Under the pieces are notes generated by a model. The model did not search any database. It was not told where the DNA came from and saw only the letters and a list, made by a program, of their open reading frames with translations. From contig OZ252239.1 in NCBI GenBank assembly GCA_965249485.1, positions 1,248,001-1,312,000 of the forward strand: a DNA stretch of 64,000 nt, given 5' to 3'. Source of the stretch: a bacterium. Its GTDB lineage: Bacteria; SM23-31. Positions 1 through 10,145 of the stretch are shown here, in pieces; the stretch's first letter is position 1, and every line of letters begins with the position of its first letter. Position numbers and translations under genes: made by a program.

Positions 1-1
1 T

Positions 2-262
2 GAAAACTTCCCGGAGAGTGAGAACAGGAGTAAAGCGGTGTTTATGCTCGGATTTCTCTATGCGAACGAGCTCCATGATACCGATAAAGCACGATCATAC
101 TATTCGCAAATGCTACAGGAATATCCCGACCACGAACTTGCGGTATCAGTCGAGTTTGAATTGGAAAATCTCGGGAAAGCAATCGAGGAAATTGATTCGA
201 TTCTCGTGAAAAAAATTGAGATTCAGGATGCCGCTATGAGCGATCGGGGGGATGAAAAATAA
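2..262 (+). CDS. TPR-like protein, 5'-truncated by the window edge
   Basis: Frame is open from base 2: ENFPESENRSKAVFMLGFLYANELHDTDKARSYYSQMLQEYPDHELA, a TPR/YbgF-like helical pattern. Confidence 0.7.
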   Translation, partial: ENFPESENRSKAVFMLGFLYANELHDTDKARSYYSQMLQEYPDHELAVSVEFELENLGKAIEEIDSILVKKIEIQDAAMSDRGDEK

Positions 263-496
263 GAAGACCTGAGTGTAATATCAACACGCGGTAAATATTG
301 AAATGCCGAAATAATTTCAGTACATGAAGTTTTTCGGCATTTTTTATAGTAAGGAACTTTTGAAATTAGAAAATAGTAACAGAAATAGATTTTTTTGCAT
401 AGAAACATTTATTACGATTGAGAGAATTAGTACTAAATTACCTGTCGCAGTCTGAATACTGCGAATGTATTGTGAACGTTAAACTATGGGAGACAG

Positions 497-1486
497 ATGA
501 GCACAGATATTCAGGCAATCAATGAAAAGATCGAAAAAGAATCGCAGTTCGTCGATCTACTGAAAAGTGAAATTTCAAAAGTAATTGTCGGTCAAAATTA
601 TATGATTGAACGGCTCCTGATCGGACTTTTGGCAGACGGCCATGTTCTGCTGGAAGGTGTTCCGGGATTGGCAAAAACGCTTGTAGTGAATACTCTCTCC
701 AAAGCGATTCAGACGAAATTTCAACGGATCCAGTTTACTCCCGATCTGCTGCCCGCTGACCTGATCGGAACATTAATTTACAATCAGCAGGAAGGGACGT
801 TTCAGACGAAGAAGGGCCCCTTGTTTGCCAATCTAATTCTTGTCGATGAGGTGAACCGCTCTCCGGCGAAAGTCCAAAGCGCACTGCTTGAAGCAATGCA
901 GGAGCGTCAGGTTACCATTGGTGAGGAGACCTTCAAGTTAGACCTGCCGTTTCTGGTTATGGCGACACAAAATCCGATTGAGCAGGAGGGGACTTACCCG
1001 CTTCCCGAAGCTCAAGTCGACCGTTTTATGTTGAAAGTTGTAGTGAATTATCCGAGCAAAGATGAAGAGTTGGAGATCATGCGGCGGATGACGGGAGATT
1101 CACTCTATGAAGTAAAGCCGGTTATTAAACCGAAGGATATTATAAAATCAAGAGAATTGGTTAGAGATGTATATGTCGACGAAAAAATCGACCGTTATAT
1201 AATTGATATTGTTCTTGCAACGAGAAATCCGTCCGACTACGGTCTTAATGATTTAACGGAACTGATCCAGTATGGTGCGTCGCCACGTGCTTCTATTAAT
1301 CTCCGTCTTGCGGCAAAAGCATATGCTTTTCTCAAACACAGAGGATATGTCACACCCGAAGATGTCAGATCTATCGGTCAGGATGTACTCCGGCATAGAG
1401 TCATTGTAACCTACGAAGCAGAAGCGGAAGAGATGATCGGCGAAGATATTGTTAAGAAAATACTCGACCACATTGAAGTCCCGTAA
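497..1486 (+). CDS. moxR: MoxR-family AAA+ ATPase
   Basis: LLEGVPGLAKT Walker A, RIQFTPDLLPADLIG, DEVNRSPAKVQSALLEAMQE, ATQNPIEQEGTYPLPEAQVDRF. Confidence 0.97.
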   Translation: MSTDIQAINEKIEKESQFVDLLKSEISKVIVGQNYMIERLLIGLLADGHVLLEGVPGLAKTLVVNTLSKAIQTKFQRIQFTPDLLPADLIGTLIYNQQEGTFQTKKGPLFANLILVDEVNRSPAKVQSALLEAMQERQVTIGEETFKLDLPFLVMATQNPIEQEGTYPLPEAQVDRFMLKVVVNYPSKDEELEIMRRMTGDSLYEVKPVIKPKDIIKSRELVRDVYVDEKIDRYIIDIVLATRNPSDYGLNDLTELIQYGASPRASINLRLAAKAYAFLKHRGYVTPEDVRSIGQDVLRHRVIVTYEAEAEEMIGEDIVKKILDHIEVP

Positions 1487-1547
1487 GACGCATAAATTTG
1501 GTTTGATATTAAATTAGATTTAGTACTAACAGCATTACACATAACAG

Positions 1548-2426
1548 ATGATTCCACGAGAGATACTCAAAAAAGTTAAGTACATTGAAATTCAGACGAG
1601 AGGACTTGTCAACGAAGTTTTCAGTGGCAGATACCAATCGATCTTTAAAGGGCAGGGTCTTGATTTTAACGATATCCGCGAATATCAGCCGGGAGACGAT
1701 ATCCGGTCGATCGACTGGAATGTTTCTGCCCGTGCGGGACGTCCCTATATCAAAATATTTGAAGAAGAGCGGGAGTTGACCGTAATGCTCATGGTCGATG
1801 TAAGTGCTTCGTCACAATTTGGGACGTTTAATCAGATGAAAGGGGAACTTGCAGTTGAGTTGTGTGCGGTTCTTGCTTTTTCCGCAATCAAAAATAACGA
1901 TAAAATCGGACTGATCATTTTTAGCGACCGGATCGAAAAATATATTCCACCCAAAACGGGCAAGTCTCATGTGTTACGGTTACTCAGAGAGCTGCTTTAT
2001 TTTAAACCCGAAGGTGAAAAGACCGACCTCTCGGTTCCGCTCGAATACCTCTATAAAGTGATGCGGAAGCGGGCGACTGTGTTTCTCGTGTCAGACTTCT
2101 TGTCCGGCAGCTATGAGAGCGCCTTGCGGATTGCAAATAAAAAACATGATATAGTGGCTATTACAATCAACGATCCGCGTGAACATGACATGCCTGATGT
2201 CGGCCTTATTGAGCTCCGGGATGCTGAAACAGACCAGATAGTTCTATTGGATACATCGAACAAAGACATGATGGATCAGTTTACTATTCAGGCGGAACTG
2301 GCTGTGGAAAAGAGGGAATCCCTATTTAAATCTATGAATATGGATTTCATTAATTTGTTTACGAATGAGTCTTACGTGAAACCGCTTGTTACCTTCTTTC
2401 GGAAACGGGCAAAACGGTTTCATTAG
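1548..2426 (+). CDS. DUF58 (VWA-like) protein of MoxR operons
   Basis: GQGLDFNDIREYQPGDDIRSIDWNVSAR and FEEERELTVMLMVDVSAS; directly follows moxR. Confidence 0.95.
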   Translation: MIPREILKKVKYIEIQTRGLVNEVFSGRYQSIFKGQGLDFNDIREYQPGDDIRSIDWNVSARAGRPYIKIFEEERELTVMLMVDVSASSQFGTFNQMKGELAVELCAVLAFSAIKNNDKIGLIIFSDRIEKYIPPKTGKSHVLRLLRELLYFKPEGEKTDLSVPLEYLYKVMRKRATVFLVSDFLSGSYESALRIANKKHDIVAITINDPREHDMPDVGLIELRDAETDQIVLLDTSNKDMMDQFTIQAELAVEKRESLFKSMNMDFINLFTNESYVKPLVTFFRKRAKRFH

Positions 2427-2477
2427 TATAATGAATAAATGAGACAATTATAGTACAAACAAAGAAACGAGTCAACT

Positions 2478-3413
2478 ATGAAAATGTTACCAGTTATATT
2501 CTGCGCAGCACTGCTATATGGTTGTTCACCAGCTGTTCCTGGTGCGGATATTCCCCTTGAGCGACAGCGGAGTCTTGCCGATGCCCTTGCAGATCAACTG
2601 CTTTATGAGCAAGCTGTGACCGAATATCAGATCATACTTGAACGTTACAAACTCGATTTCGATGCCCGTTCAGAAATCAATTTTACAATCGGTGAAATTC
2701 TTTTTGAGGAGTTGAATGACTATTCAAATGCCCTTGCCTATTACTTGAAGATTCAGCATCTATTTCCGGAGAGTACACTCAACGGTGTGGCACAAGACCG
2801 GATCGTTGCTTGTCTCGAACGGCTCGGTCGCTCGGCTGAAGCAATGCGGATTGTTCGTGAATCGGAAGCCGAGACGGACGAAGAATCGCCCTTTACTTCT
2901 CAACAGGGAGATACGATTGCAGTTGTTGATGGTAAAGTGCTAACTTCCGGTGAGTTTAATTCTATTTTTAACTATTATTACAACCTTCTGCCTGCGGAAC
3001 AGCGAGGCGATACACCAACACGGGAGCATAAACTGGTATTTCTGCGCGATTATTTGAGAAATGAGGTATTATTCAACTCTGCCAAACGGAGAGGTCTGGC
3101 CGATTCACCGGAATTCAAGGAACTCCAGTTTCTCCAGATGAAAGATCTGCTCGTTCAGAGACTGCTGCAAACAGAAGTTTATAATAAAGTAACAATTGAA
3201 AATTCCGAGATAGAGGAATATTACAGGACAAGTGGTGACATTCTAACGCGGACAAATCCTGACGGCTCCAAAGGTAAACCGACAATTGAAGAAGCCCGTG
3301 ATTTTATTCAACAGATCTTGATGAATCAAAAATCTCAGGGGATACAGGAGCAGTTGACCGACCAGTTGATCGAAGCACAAGAGGCTCAAATTTACTTAGA
3401 TAACGTCCAGTAG
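2478..3413 (+). CDS. Putative lipoprotein: TPR repeats plus SurA/PrsA-like chaperone domain
   Basis: Lipobox-like LYGC; TPR helices; IAVVDGKVLT...SAKRRGLADSPEF...SEIEEYY...PTIEEARDFIQQIL resembles the PrsA/SurA N-C domain. Confidence 0.7.
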   Translation: MKMLPVIFCAALLYGCSPAVPGADIPLERQRSLADALADQLLYEQAVTEYQIILERYKLDFDARSEINFTIGEILFEELNDYSNALAYYLKIQHLFPESTLNGVAQDRIVACLERLGRSAEAMRIVRESEAETDEESPFTSQQGDTIAVVDGKVLTSGEFNSIFNYYYNLLPAEQRGDTPTREHKLVFLRDYLRNEVLFNSAKRRGLADSPEFKELQFLQMKDLLVQRLLQTEVYNKVTIENSEIEEYYRTSGDILTRTNPDGSKGKPTIEEARDFIQQILMNQKSQGIQEQLTDQLIEAQEAQIYLDNVQ

Positions 3414-3582
3414 TATTGAAAATTTACGATTTTGATTGAATATTAAAACTATGTCACTGTCGTGATTCACAGATTACCGGAATGATTGTATAATCTTTAT
3501 GAAGTGTGTTGGAAGATTCACTTGATCACGCAATTTTTAACATACATGTAAATTTTATTTATGAACTAATCCTGCTAAACAT

Positions 3583-4623
3583 ATGAAGTTGATTAGTAAA
3601 AAATATTGCACAATATTGGAAATTACAGCACTCGTCTTATTTTCCATCGGAGTTTCCTTTGCACAGGAAGGTGTCATTGTAGTGGATTCCCGGGTGCAGC
3701 CTGACCGTGCAACTCTGGGACAATACATTTCGTTCGAAGTTGTGATCAAACACACGATGGATATTCAGGTTTCTGTTCCTACACCAGGAATTGAATACGG
3801 GGGTCTCGAACTCATTGATTATGCAGTACCGGATCCGGTTGATGTAATAGACCCGGTTCTGGGGAACATCATAGAAGAACGGGCGATGTATACCGTAGCT
3901 GCATATGATACAGGTATGTTCACCATTCCTCCGGTCGAGGTGCTATTTCATGCCGGAACCGGGGAGGATCAATCAATTGTTACCAATCCGGTTCAGGTTA
4001 TAATTGAATCAATTTTACCGACCGATGCACAGGATATACTCGATATTAAAGAACCAATTCTGATTGTACAAAATATATTTCTCCTCTTATTAATAGGTAT
4101 AGTGATCGGCCTAATTATAGCGTATCTGATTTACCGACGATATCGAAAGAAAAAACAGAAAAAGGAACCACTCTTTTGGGATAGAAAACCACATCTTCCG
4201 CCGCATGAGGAAGCAATTGCTGCCTTACAAGAGTTAAAAGAATCGTTGCTGCTCAAACAAGGTAAAGTGAAAGAATATTATACGGCACTCTCTGATATTG
4301 AGCGCCTCTACATGCAGCGGCGGTATAATAAACCGTTCTTGATGATGACAACATCTGATACGAAAGATTGTCTTGCTCAGGAAAAATTTCCTGAAGAGGA
4401 ATTCAAAAAAGTAGATACACTCCTAAGCGAATGTGATCTTGTAAAATTTGCAAAATACCGGCCAGCCGGAGAAGCATATGAACGAGCTTGGCAGACTGCC
4501 TACGATATAATAGAGGGCACAAAACCGGTTGTAGAGTTTACAAATATACCGGAAAGTGTCTCAGATTCTACTACCAGGGATGAAATTGGTGGTGATAACT
4601 CAAACTCTGAAACAGAGAAATAA
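3583..4623 (+). CDS. Bat-operon membrane protein (BatD-like Ig domain, TM helix, cytoplasmic tail)
   Basis: Signal peptide, AAYDTGMFTIPPVEV, TM helix followed by RRYRKKK, KEYYTALSDIER, CDLVKFAKYRP. Confidence 0.8.
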   Translation: MKLISKKYCTILEITALVLFSIGVSFAQEGVIVVDSRVQPDRATLGQYISFEVVIKHTMDIQVSVPTPGIEYGGLELIDYAVPDPVDVIDPVLGNIIEERAMYTVAAYDTGMFTIPPVEVLFHAGTGEDQSIVTNPVQVIIESILPTDAQDILDIKEPILIVQNIFLLLLIGIVIGLIIAYLIYRRYRKKKQKKEPLFWDRKPHLPPHEEAIAALQELKESLLLKQGKVKEYYTALSDIERLYMQRRYNKPFLMMTTSDTKDCLAQEKFPEEEFKKVDTLLSECDLVKFAKYRPAGEAYERAWQTAYDIIEGTKPVVEFTNIPESVSDSTTRDEIGGDNSNSETEK

Positions 4624-4646
4624 TCTCAATAATAGTGTTATAAATT

Positions 4647-5636
4647 ATGATATTCGACGATCCATATTTCCTCATATTGCTGATTATAGTTCCGATATTG
4701 ATATTGCTATATATTAAACAGAGGATCAGCCGGGGAGGATTTGTGACCTACTCCGATTTGACGGTGGTAAATAAACTTACACCTTCATGGAAGCAGCGGT
4801 TTAAACATCTTCTGTTCAGTATGAGGATGTTGACGCTCACTCTTGCTGTCATTGCGCTCGCCAGGCCGCAGTCGCCCTTCACGGAAGAAGAAATTACTAC
4901 TGAAGGTATCGATATTGTACTTGCAATTGACGTATCAAGCAGCATGAAGGCTGTCGATTTTCAGCCTTCAAACAGGCTGGAAGCCGCAAAGATTGTCAGC
5001 GCAGACTTTGTGAACGGCAGAGTGCATGACCGACTCGGGATGGTTGTTTTTGCCGGCAGAAGTTATACACAGTGCCCATTGACACTCGATTACGGTATTG
5101 TTCACTCATTTCTCGAAAGTATCCATATAGGGATGGTTGAAGACGGAACAGCAATCGGCATGGCAATCACGACCGCCGTGAACAGGCTGAGGAATTCCGA
5201 TGTAGAGAGTAAAGTGATTATCCTTCTGACCGACGGACGGAATAATCGGGGAGAACTAGATCCTATTACAGCATCTCAAATTGCAAAGGCGATGAATATC
5301 AAAATATACACAATTGGAATGGGCAAAGAGGGTACGGTAATGTACCCATTGGACGATCCGGTCAGGGGACAACGCCTTGTGCCGATACAATCAGATATCG
5401 ATGAAGAAATCCTGCAGCAGATTGCGGATAATACAGGTGGAAGCTATTTCCGGGCAACTGATGAAAAAAAGCTGGAAGAGATATTTAATCAGATTGACGA
5501 GATGGAAAAAACTGAAATTCAGGTAACCGAATATACCCGGTATGCAGAGCTTTTCGAATGGTTTGCGATTCCGTTGTTTGCACTACTTGTACTGGAAATC
5601 GTCTTGTCTCAGACAGTGTTTCGAAAGATACCCTAA
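4647..5636 (+). CDS. batA: BatA VWA-domain protein
   Basis: N-terminal double TM ending ALARPQ, MIDAS DVSSSM, DGTAIG, ILLTDGRNN. Confidence 0.93.
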   Translation: MIFDDPYFLILLIIVPILILLYIKQRISRGGFVTYSDLTVVNKLTPSWKQRFKHLLFSMRMLTLTLAVIALARPQSPFTEEEITTEGIDIVLAIDVSSSMKAVDFQPSNRLEAAKIVSADFVNGRVHDRLGMVVFAGRSYTQCPLTLDYGIVHSFLESIHIGMVEDGTAIGMAITTAVNRLRNSDVESKVIILLTDGRNNRGELDPITASQIAKAMNIKIYTIGMGKEGTVMYPLDDPVRGQRLVPIQSDIDEEILQQIADNTGGSYFRATDEKKLEEIFNQIDEMEKTEIQVTEYTRYAELFEWFAIPLFALLVLEIVLSQTVFRKIP

Positions 5637-5654
5637 CTGAAGATTAAAGCAGCT

Positions 5655-6686
5655 ATGATTCGACTGGTAAATGAAAATATATTACAACTGTTCTGGCTTG
5701 TTCCGATCCTGATCCTGTTTTTTGTGCTCGCCTTCAGAAAAAAAACGAGGATTTTGGAGATGTTCGGTGCGTCTGAACTGATGAAAAAATTAACGGAAGA
5801 TACTAGCCGACGCAGGCAAATTGTAAAGGTTTGCCTCCTGACGGTATGCTCAGCAGTCATGATCGGTGCACTGGCGCGGCCGCAAATTGGAACTCGCCTG
5901 GAAGAAGTGAAGCGTGAAGGGCGGGATATAATTGTTGCCATCGATGTTTCGAAAAGCATGCTTGCCGAAGACATGACTCCTTCCCGGTTGGAGAAGGCGA
6001 AGCACGAAGTATCCGGTCTTATTGACCGGTTACAGGGCGACAGGATCGGTTTGATCGTGTTTGCAGGTGAGGCGTTCGTACAGTGTCCGCTGACACTCGA
6101 TTATAGCGCGGCAAAATTACTACTCAGCGTAGTCAATCCCGATCTGATTCCCCTGCCAGGTACTAATATTAGTCATGCTATCCGGAAAGCAGTAGAAAGT
6201 TTCGATCAGAATGAACCACAGCACAAGGTACTCGTTTTAATAACAGATGGGGAAGACCATACAGGTGAAGCAGAAACTGCAGCCGAAGAGGCATCCGAGG
6301 CAGGTATAGTCATCTATTCAGTCGGCATAGGATCGGCAGAAGGGGTTCCGATTCCCGAAATGAATGAAACTGGAATGGTAACCGGATATAAAAAGGACAG
6401 TGAAGGCAGGACGATCGTCACAAAACTCGATGAATTGACATTAGAGAAAATAGCCTTGACGACAAATGGTGTTTATTATCATACCTCTCCGGAAGAATCG
6501 GAGCTCGATGCGCTTTACGAAGAAATTGCAGCAGGAGAAGCAAAGGAGCTCGGAATGATGCAAGTTACCCAATTCGAAGAAAGATTTCAGTTTTTTTTAG
6601 GACTCTTTATTATTCTTCTCGTATGGGAAACGGTTTACTCTGAACGGAAACGGATTAAATCCGAATGGAAGGGCCGGTTTCTCTAA
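5655..6686 (+). CDS. batB: BatB VWA-domain protein
   Basis: ALARPQIG, DVSKSMLAED, PSRLEKAK, GDRIGLIVFAG, LITDGEDH. Confidence 0.92.
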   Translation: MIRLVNENILQLFWLVPILILFFVLAFRKKTRILEMFGASELMKKLTEDTSRRRQIVKVCLLTVCSAVMIGALARPQIGTRLEEVKREGRDIIVAIDVSKSMLAEDMTPSRLEKAKHEVSGLIDRLQGDRIGLIVFAGEAFVQCPLTLDYSAAKLLLSVVNPDLIPLPGTNISHAIRKAVESFDQNEPQHKVLVLITDGEDHTGEAETAAEEASEAGIVIYSVGIGSAEGVPIPEMNETGMVTGYKKDSEGRTIVTKLDELTLEKIALTTNGVYYHTSPEESELDALYEEIAAGEAKELGMMQVTQFEERFQFFLGLFIILLVWETVYSERKRIKSEWKGRFL

Positions 6687-6758
6687 AATAAGGTATTATT
6701 ACTGGAGAAAAACAGGAATTTGTTGGTATAATTAATGTAACATAACCTAAAAAATATT

Positions 6759-7487
6759 ATGAAAAAAATATTACTCCTGACATTCATTGTATCCGTAATG
6801 ACAGTGTTACGAGTGCATCCCCTTTTAGCGCAGGAAGCTCCGCCGCCGGTGCAGGATTACCAGCAGAACAAGTTTTATGAAACAAAACAATATTCTGAGG
6901 AAAATGTTTCCAGAATTCAGCTCGCAGATGAACAATACAAGACAGAACAGTTCAATGAAGCTATGAATCTTTATGAGGATGCTGCAACGAATAATCCGGA
7001 AGCTGCTGAACTCCACTACAACATTGGGAATTCTCTGTTTCGCTTGGGAAAACTGCCCGAAGCAATTGAAGAGTATAAGAAAGCACTCAAAATTAATCCT
7101 GATGATTATGACAGTAAGTTTAATCTGGAATTTGCTCTGAACCAGATGAAAGATCAACAACAGCAGCAGAACCAGGACCAAAATGAGCAGGATGAAAAAG
7201 AACAAGATCAGCAACAGCAAGACCAGCAGCAGAATGAAGATCAGCAGGAGCAACAGCAAAACCAGGACCAAAATGAGCAGGATGAACAAGAACAAGATCA
7301 GCAGAATCAACAGGACGGGCAGGATCAACAAGATCAACAGCAACAGCAGCCTCAACCCGATGATCGTGAAATGACACAGGAGGAAGCTGAACAGATCTTG
7401 AATGCTTTGCTGAACGATGAAAAAGATCTGCAGGAGCAGAGGAAGATGGAGCCGCAGGGCAATATTAAAGTGCTCAAAGATTGGTAA
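6759..7487 (+). CDS. batC: BatC TPR protein with Q/D/E-rich linker
   Basis: Signal peptide, LHYNIGNSLFRLGK...YKKALKINPDD, poly-Q region, C-terminal KDW. Confidence 0.88.
   Translation: MKKILLLTFIVSVMTVLRVHPLLAQEAPPPVQDYQQNKFYETKQYSEENVSRIQLADEQYKTEQFNEAMNLYEDAATNNPEAAELHYNIGNSLFRLGKLPEAIEEYKKALKINPDDYDSKFNLEFALNQMKDQQQQQNQDQNEQDEKEQDQQQQDQQQNEDQQEQQQNQDQNEQDEQEQDQQNQQDGQDQQDQQQQQPQPDDREMTQEEAEQILNALLNDEKDLQEQRKMEPQGNIKVLKDW
7170..7303 (+). repeat. 44-bp direct repeat (7170-7213 and 7260-7303; 90-bp period) in the batC Q-rich linker
   Basis: aaccaggaccaaaatgagcaggatgaa(a/c)aagaacaagatcagca occurs twice with one mismatch. Confidence 0.9.
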
Positions 7488-7556
7488 AACGTTGCATTGT
7501 ACAGAATTTATCAATTAAATCTGAATAGTGTATGAACCAAACTATAAGGGGGATAT

Positions 7557-7769
7557 GTGTTTGATGAGATAACATTGAGTCAGTTGTTTCTTATTGCAAC
7601 AATCCTGTATGGTCTTTACAAGAAAATGAGTTCAGGTACAACATATAATGATACAATGAAAAAAGAAATGGATAAACTTACTGGTACAAAAAAAGGCACT
7701 GCCGCTCTTGAAGAAACGACAAATAGTGATAATATCGAGGAAGATCCTTTTAAGAGTTTAACTCCATGA
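7557..7769 (+). CDS. Small hypothetical single-TM protein
   Basis: GTG start after an AAGGGGG RBS-like run; hydrophobic N-terminus; ATGA overlap with the next ORF. Confidence 0.55.
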   Translation: MFDEITLSQLFLIATILYGLYKKMSSGTTYNDTMKKEMDKLTGTKKGTAALEETTNSDNIEEDPFKSLTP

Positions 7770-8212
7770 AACAATTAGTTGACCGCACAGCAATTTGTTT
7801 GATGTTTTTTGCCGTATTCAGTACAAGTGTTTATTTCACTTCATGTGGAAGTCAGAGCAGTGTATTCAGGGATGTTGAGCAGCTTCGAGCAAAGAATTTT
7901 GAAGATCTTTCGCCAGCAGAACAACTTGAACTTGAATTGGCAAACTCTTTCACAGATACGGACAGGTACATTGCATACGGCCGTTTCGAAGAGGCATTGG
8001 CAATTCTAAGGAACATTGTGAGTAATCATTCGAACACCCCATATGCTGACAAAGCCTTCTACATTCGGGGAACGATCTATTCACATATGCTCTATTTTCA
8101 CCGGGATGTAGAAAAGGCCGCTGCCGCATACAGGATGGTTCTTGCATCCGAACCGGTAACCGAATTTGATATGAAAGCACAGAATGCTCTCAAATTGATG
8201 AAGAATCAATAG
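7766..8212 (+). CDS. Putative TPR lipoprotein
   Basis: Signal peptide with FTSC lipobox; NTPYADKAFYIRGTIY TPR-like motif. Confidence 0.7.
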   Translation: MKQLVDRTAICLMFFAVFSTSVYFTSCGSQSSVFRDVEQLRAKNFEDLSPAEQLELELANSFTDTDRYIAYGRFEEALAILRNIVSNHSNTPYADKAFYIRGTIYSHMLYFHRDVEKAAAAYRMVLASEPVTEFDMKAQNALKLMKNQ

Positions 8213-8227
8213 AATTAAATTATATAA

Positions 8228-10111
8228 ATGAAATCTAAATTTACGGCAATCAGTTTTTATACAGCGACAACGTTGATCTGTCTCTTTGTCATGAATCCTG
8301 ACACCGTGACAGGACAGAATACGACCGTCCGGTCATACTTGAAGCAGAATTTCGCTGTTGTCAATCAGGTTGCCGATCTGGCAATTGAAGTTTCAAGTAG
8401 TGCAATGAATCAGAGTGCGCAGCCAGAACTCCCCGTTTTCGGAGAGTGGTTTTCATTTGCCGGTTCGCGTGGTTCATCACAGAGTGTTTCGATCATTAAC
8501 GGACAGGTTTCTTCATCTGTTACCTATTCTTACGGTATACTCCCACTGAAAGAAGGAACTGCAACAATCCCGCGTATCAAAGTCCGTATAGGAGGACAGG
8601 ATTATTACAGTGAGCCTCTTACAGTCGAAATAAAAGATACCGGAGCTGCCCCGCAGCCTCAGCAGCAGGTCCGGCCGAGACTGCGTACACCGAGAAATCC
8701 TGCTCAACCGGAGCAGCCTGTCGACATTCATCTTATCGCGGATGTCGATAAAGAAACAGTTTATCAGAACCAGGGAATTACGGTAGAATACAAAGTCTAT
8801 TTTGGACCGGGTGTGACCGTCAGAGAGTATTCACCACTCAACACACCGAATACAGCAGGGTTTTGGACGGAAGAATATCCCATGGATACGTCTCCCCGCG
8901 CTGTGCCGGAATTCTATAATGGTAAGCAATATAACGCTGCTGTTCTGCAGAAAGTTGAACTCTTTCCGACAAATTCGGGGGATTTCGAGCTTGATCCGAA
9001 AGAGATGAAATTTGTTGTGAGAATGCCGAACAGATCGAGAAGCATTTTTGACAATTTAGATTCTTTTTTTGACAATCCATTTAGTAGTTCACTGCGGGAT
9101 GTTTCTGTTCGTTCAAATCGTCTCAATATCACCGTAAAGCCGCTCCCGGTTGAAGGGCGCCCTTCATATTTCGCAGGTGCTGTCGGTGATTATACAATTA
9201 ATGCAGATGTCGATATAGCTCAGGTAAAAGTCCACGATTCAATTACCATGACAGTTACGGTGAATGGTAAAGGTAATATTAAACTGATTAATGAACCGGA
9301 ACTCAACCTTTCTGGTGATTTTGAGCGATACGATCCGAAAATTTCGGAGAATATAATCCGAAGAGGAAATGAAATCTCCGGGGAAAAAAAATTCGAATAT
9401 GTCCTGATTCCACGGCGTGCGGGTACCTATACGCTTGACCCAATTTCATTTGTTTATTTTAATCCTGAGCTGGAAACATACAAAACTGTAACTACTACTC
9501 CAATTTCACTGACCGTCGATCCGGGAGAAACTATTGCCGGCGGATCAATCCGCAATCTGACGCGGGAAGAAATCCGGCTAGTCGGTCAGGATATCAGGTT
9601 TATAAAAGAGTCAGTATCACAATGGTACGAAACGGGGCGACGGGAATACATTAACTGGACATTTATGACGATACTGTTTTCCCCGATTATTCTGTTTTTT
9701 GTCGGACTGACCTACAGCAGACATCTTGACAGACTTCAAAAAGATACCGGTTATAAACGGAGTCGACAGGCGAACACTGTTGCCAGTAGGCGGCTGAAAC
9801 AAGCTCATACGCACCTGCATAAAGACGAACCAGAAAAGTTTTATCCTGAAGTTGCCCGTATACTGCAAGAGTATATTGCAGACAAATTAAACATCTCTGC
9901 TGCCGGTATTGTCGCCGATGAGTTGCAATCATTGCTCTCCGGTAAAAACATTGATACTGATCTAATATCCGAGTATATAGCATGCCTGAAACAGTGTGAT
10001 TTTTTTAGATTCAGCACGACCGATTCTTCGCAGGGAGAGATGGGAAAACTCTACGACCGGTCAAAATTGGCAATACTTAGTTTAGAAGAACGAATGAAAA
10101 AAGTTGCCTAA
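8228..10111 (+). CDS. batD: BatD protein
   Basis: SSQSVSIINGQVSSS, FAGAVGDY, GKGNIKLINEP, FEYVLIPRRAG, C-terminal TM. Confidence 0.92.
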   Translation: MKSKFTAISFYTATTLICLFVMNPDTVTGQNTTVRSYLKQNFAVVNQVADLAIEVSSSAMNQSAQPELPVFGEWFSFAGSRGSSQSVSIINGQVSSSVTYSYGILPLKEGTATIPRIKVRIGGQDYYSEPLTVEIKDTGAAPQPQQQVRPRLRTPRNPAQPEQPVDIHLIADVDKETVYQNQGITVEYKVYFGPGVTVREYSPLNTPNTAGFWTEEYPMDTSPRAVPEFYNGKQYNAAVLQKVELFPTNSGDFELDPKEMKFVVRMPNRSRSIFDNLDSFFDNPFSSSLRDVSVRSNRLNITVKPLPVEGRPSYFAGAVGDYTINADVDIAQVKVHDSITMTVTVNGKGNIKLINEPELNLSGDFERYDPKISENIIRRGNEISGEKKFEYVLIPRRAGTYTLDPISFVYFNPELETYKTVTTTPISLTVDPGETIAGGSIRNLTREEIRLVGQDIRFIKESVSQWYETGRREYINWTFMTILFSPIILFFVGLTYSRHLDRLQKDTGYKRSRQANTVASRRLKQAHTHLHKDEPEKFYPEVARILQEYIADKLNISAAGIVADELQSLLSGKNIDTDLISEYIACLKQCDFFRFSTTDSSQGEMGKLYDRSKLAILSLEERMKKVA

Positions 10112-10145
10112 TATTTGTTGAAGTAATATCCTGGTTGGAACTTGC

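Noticed and set aside
6825..7514. 229-aa Leu-rich minus-strand ORF that looks like a membrane protein
   Set aside because: Antisense shadow of the CAG/CAA-rich batC linker
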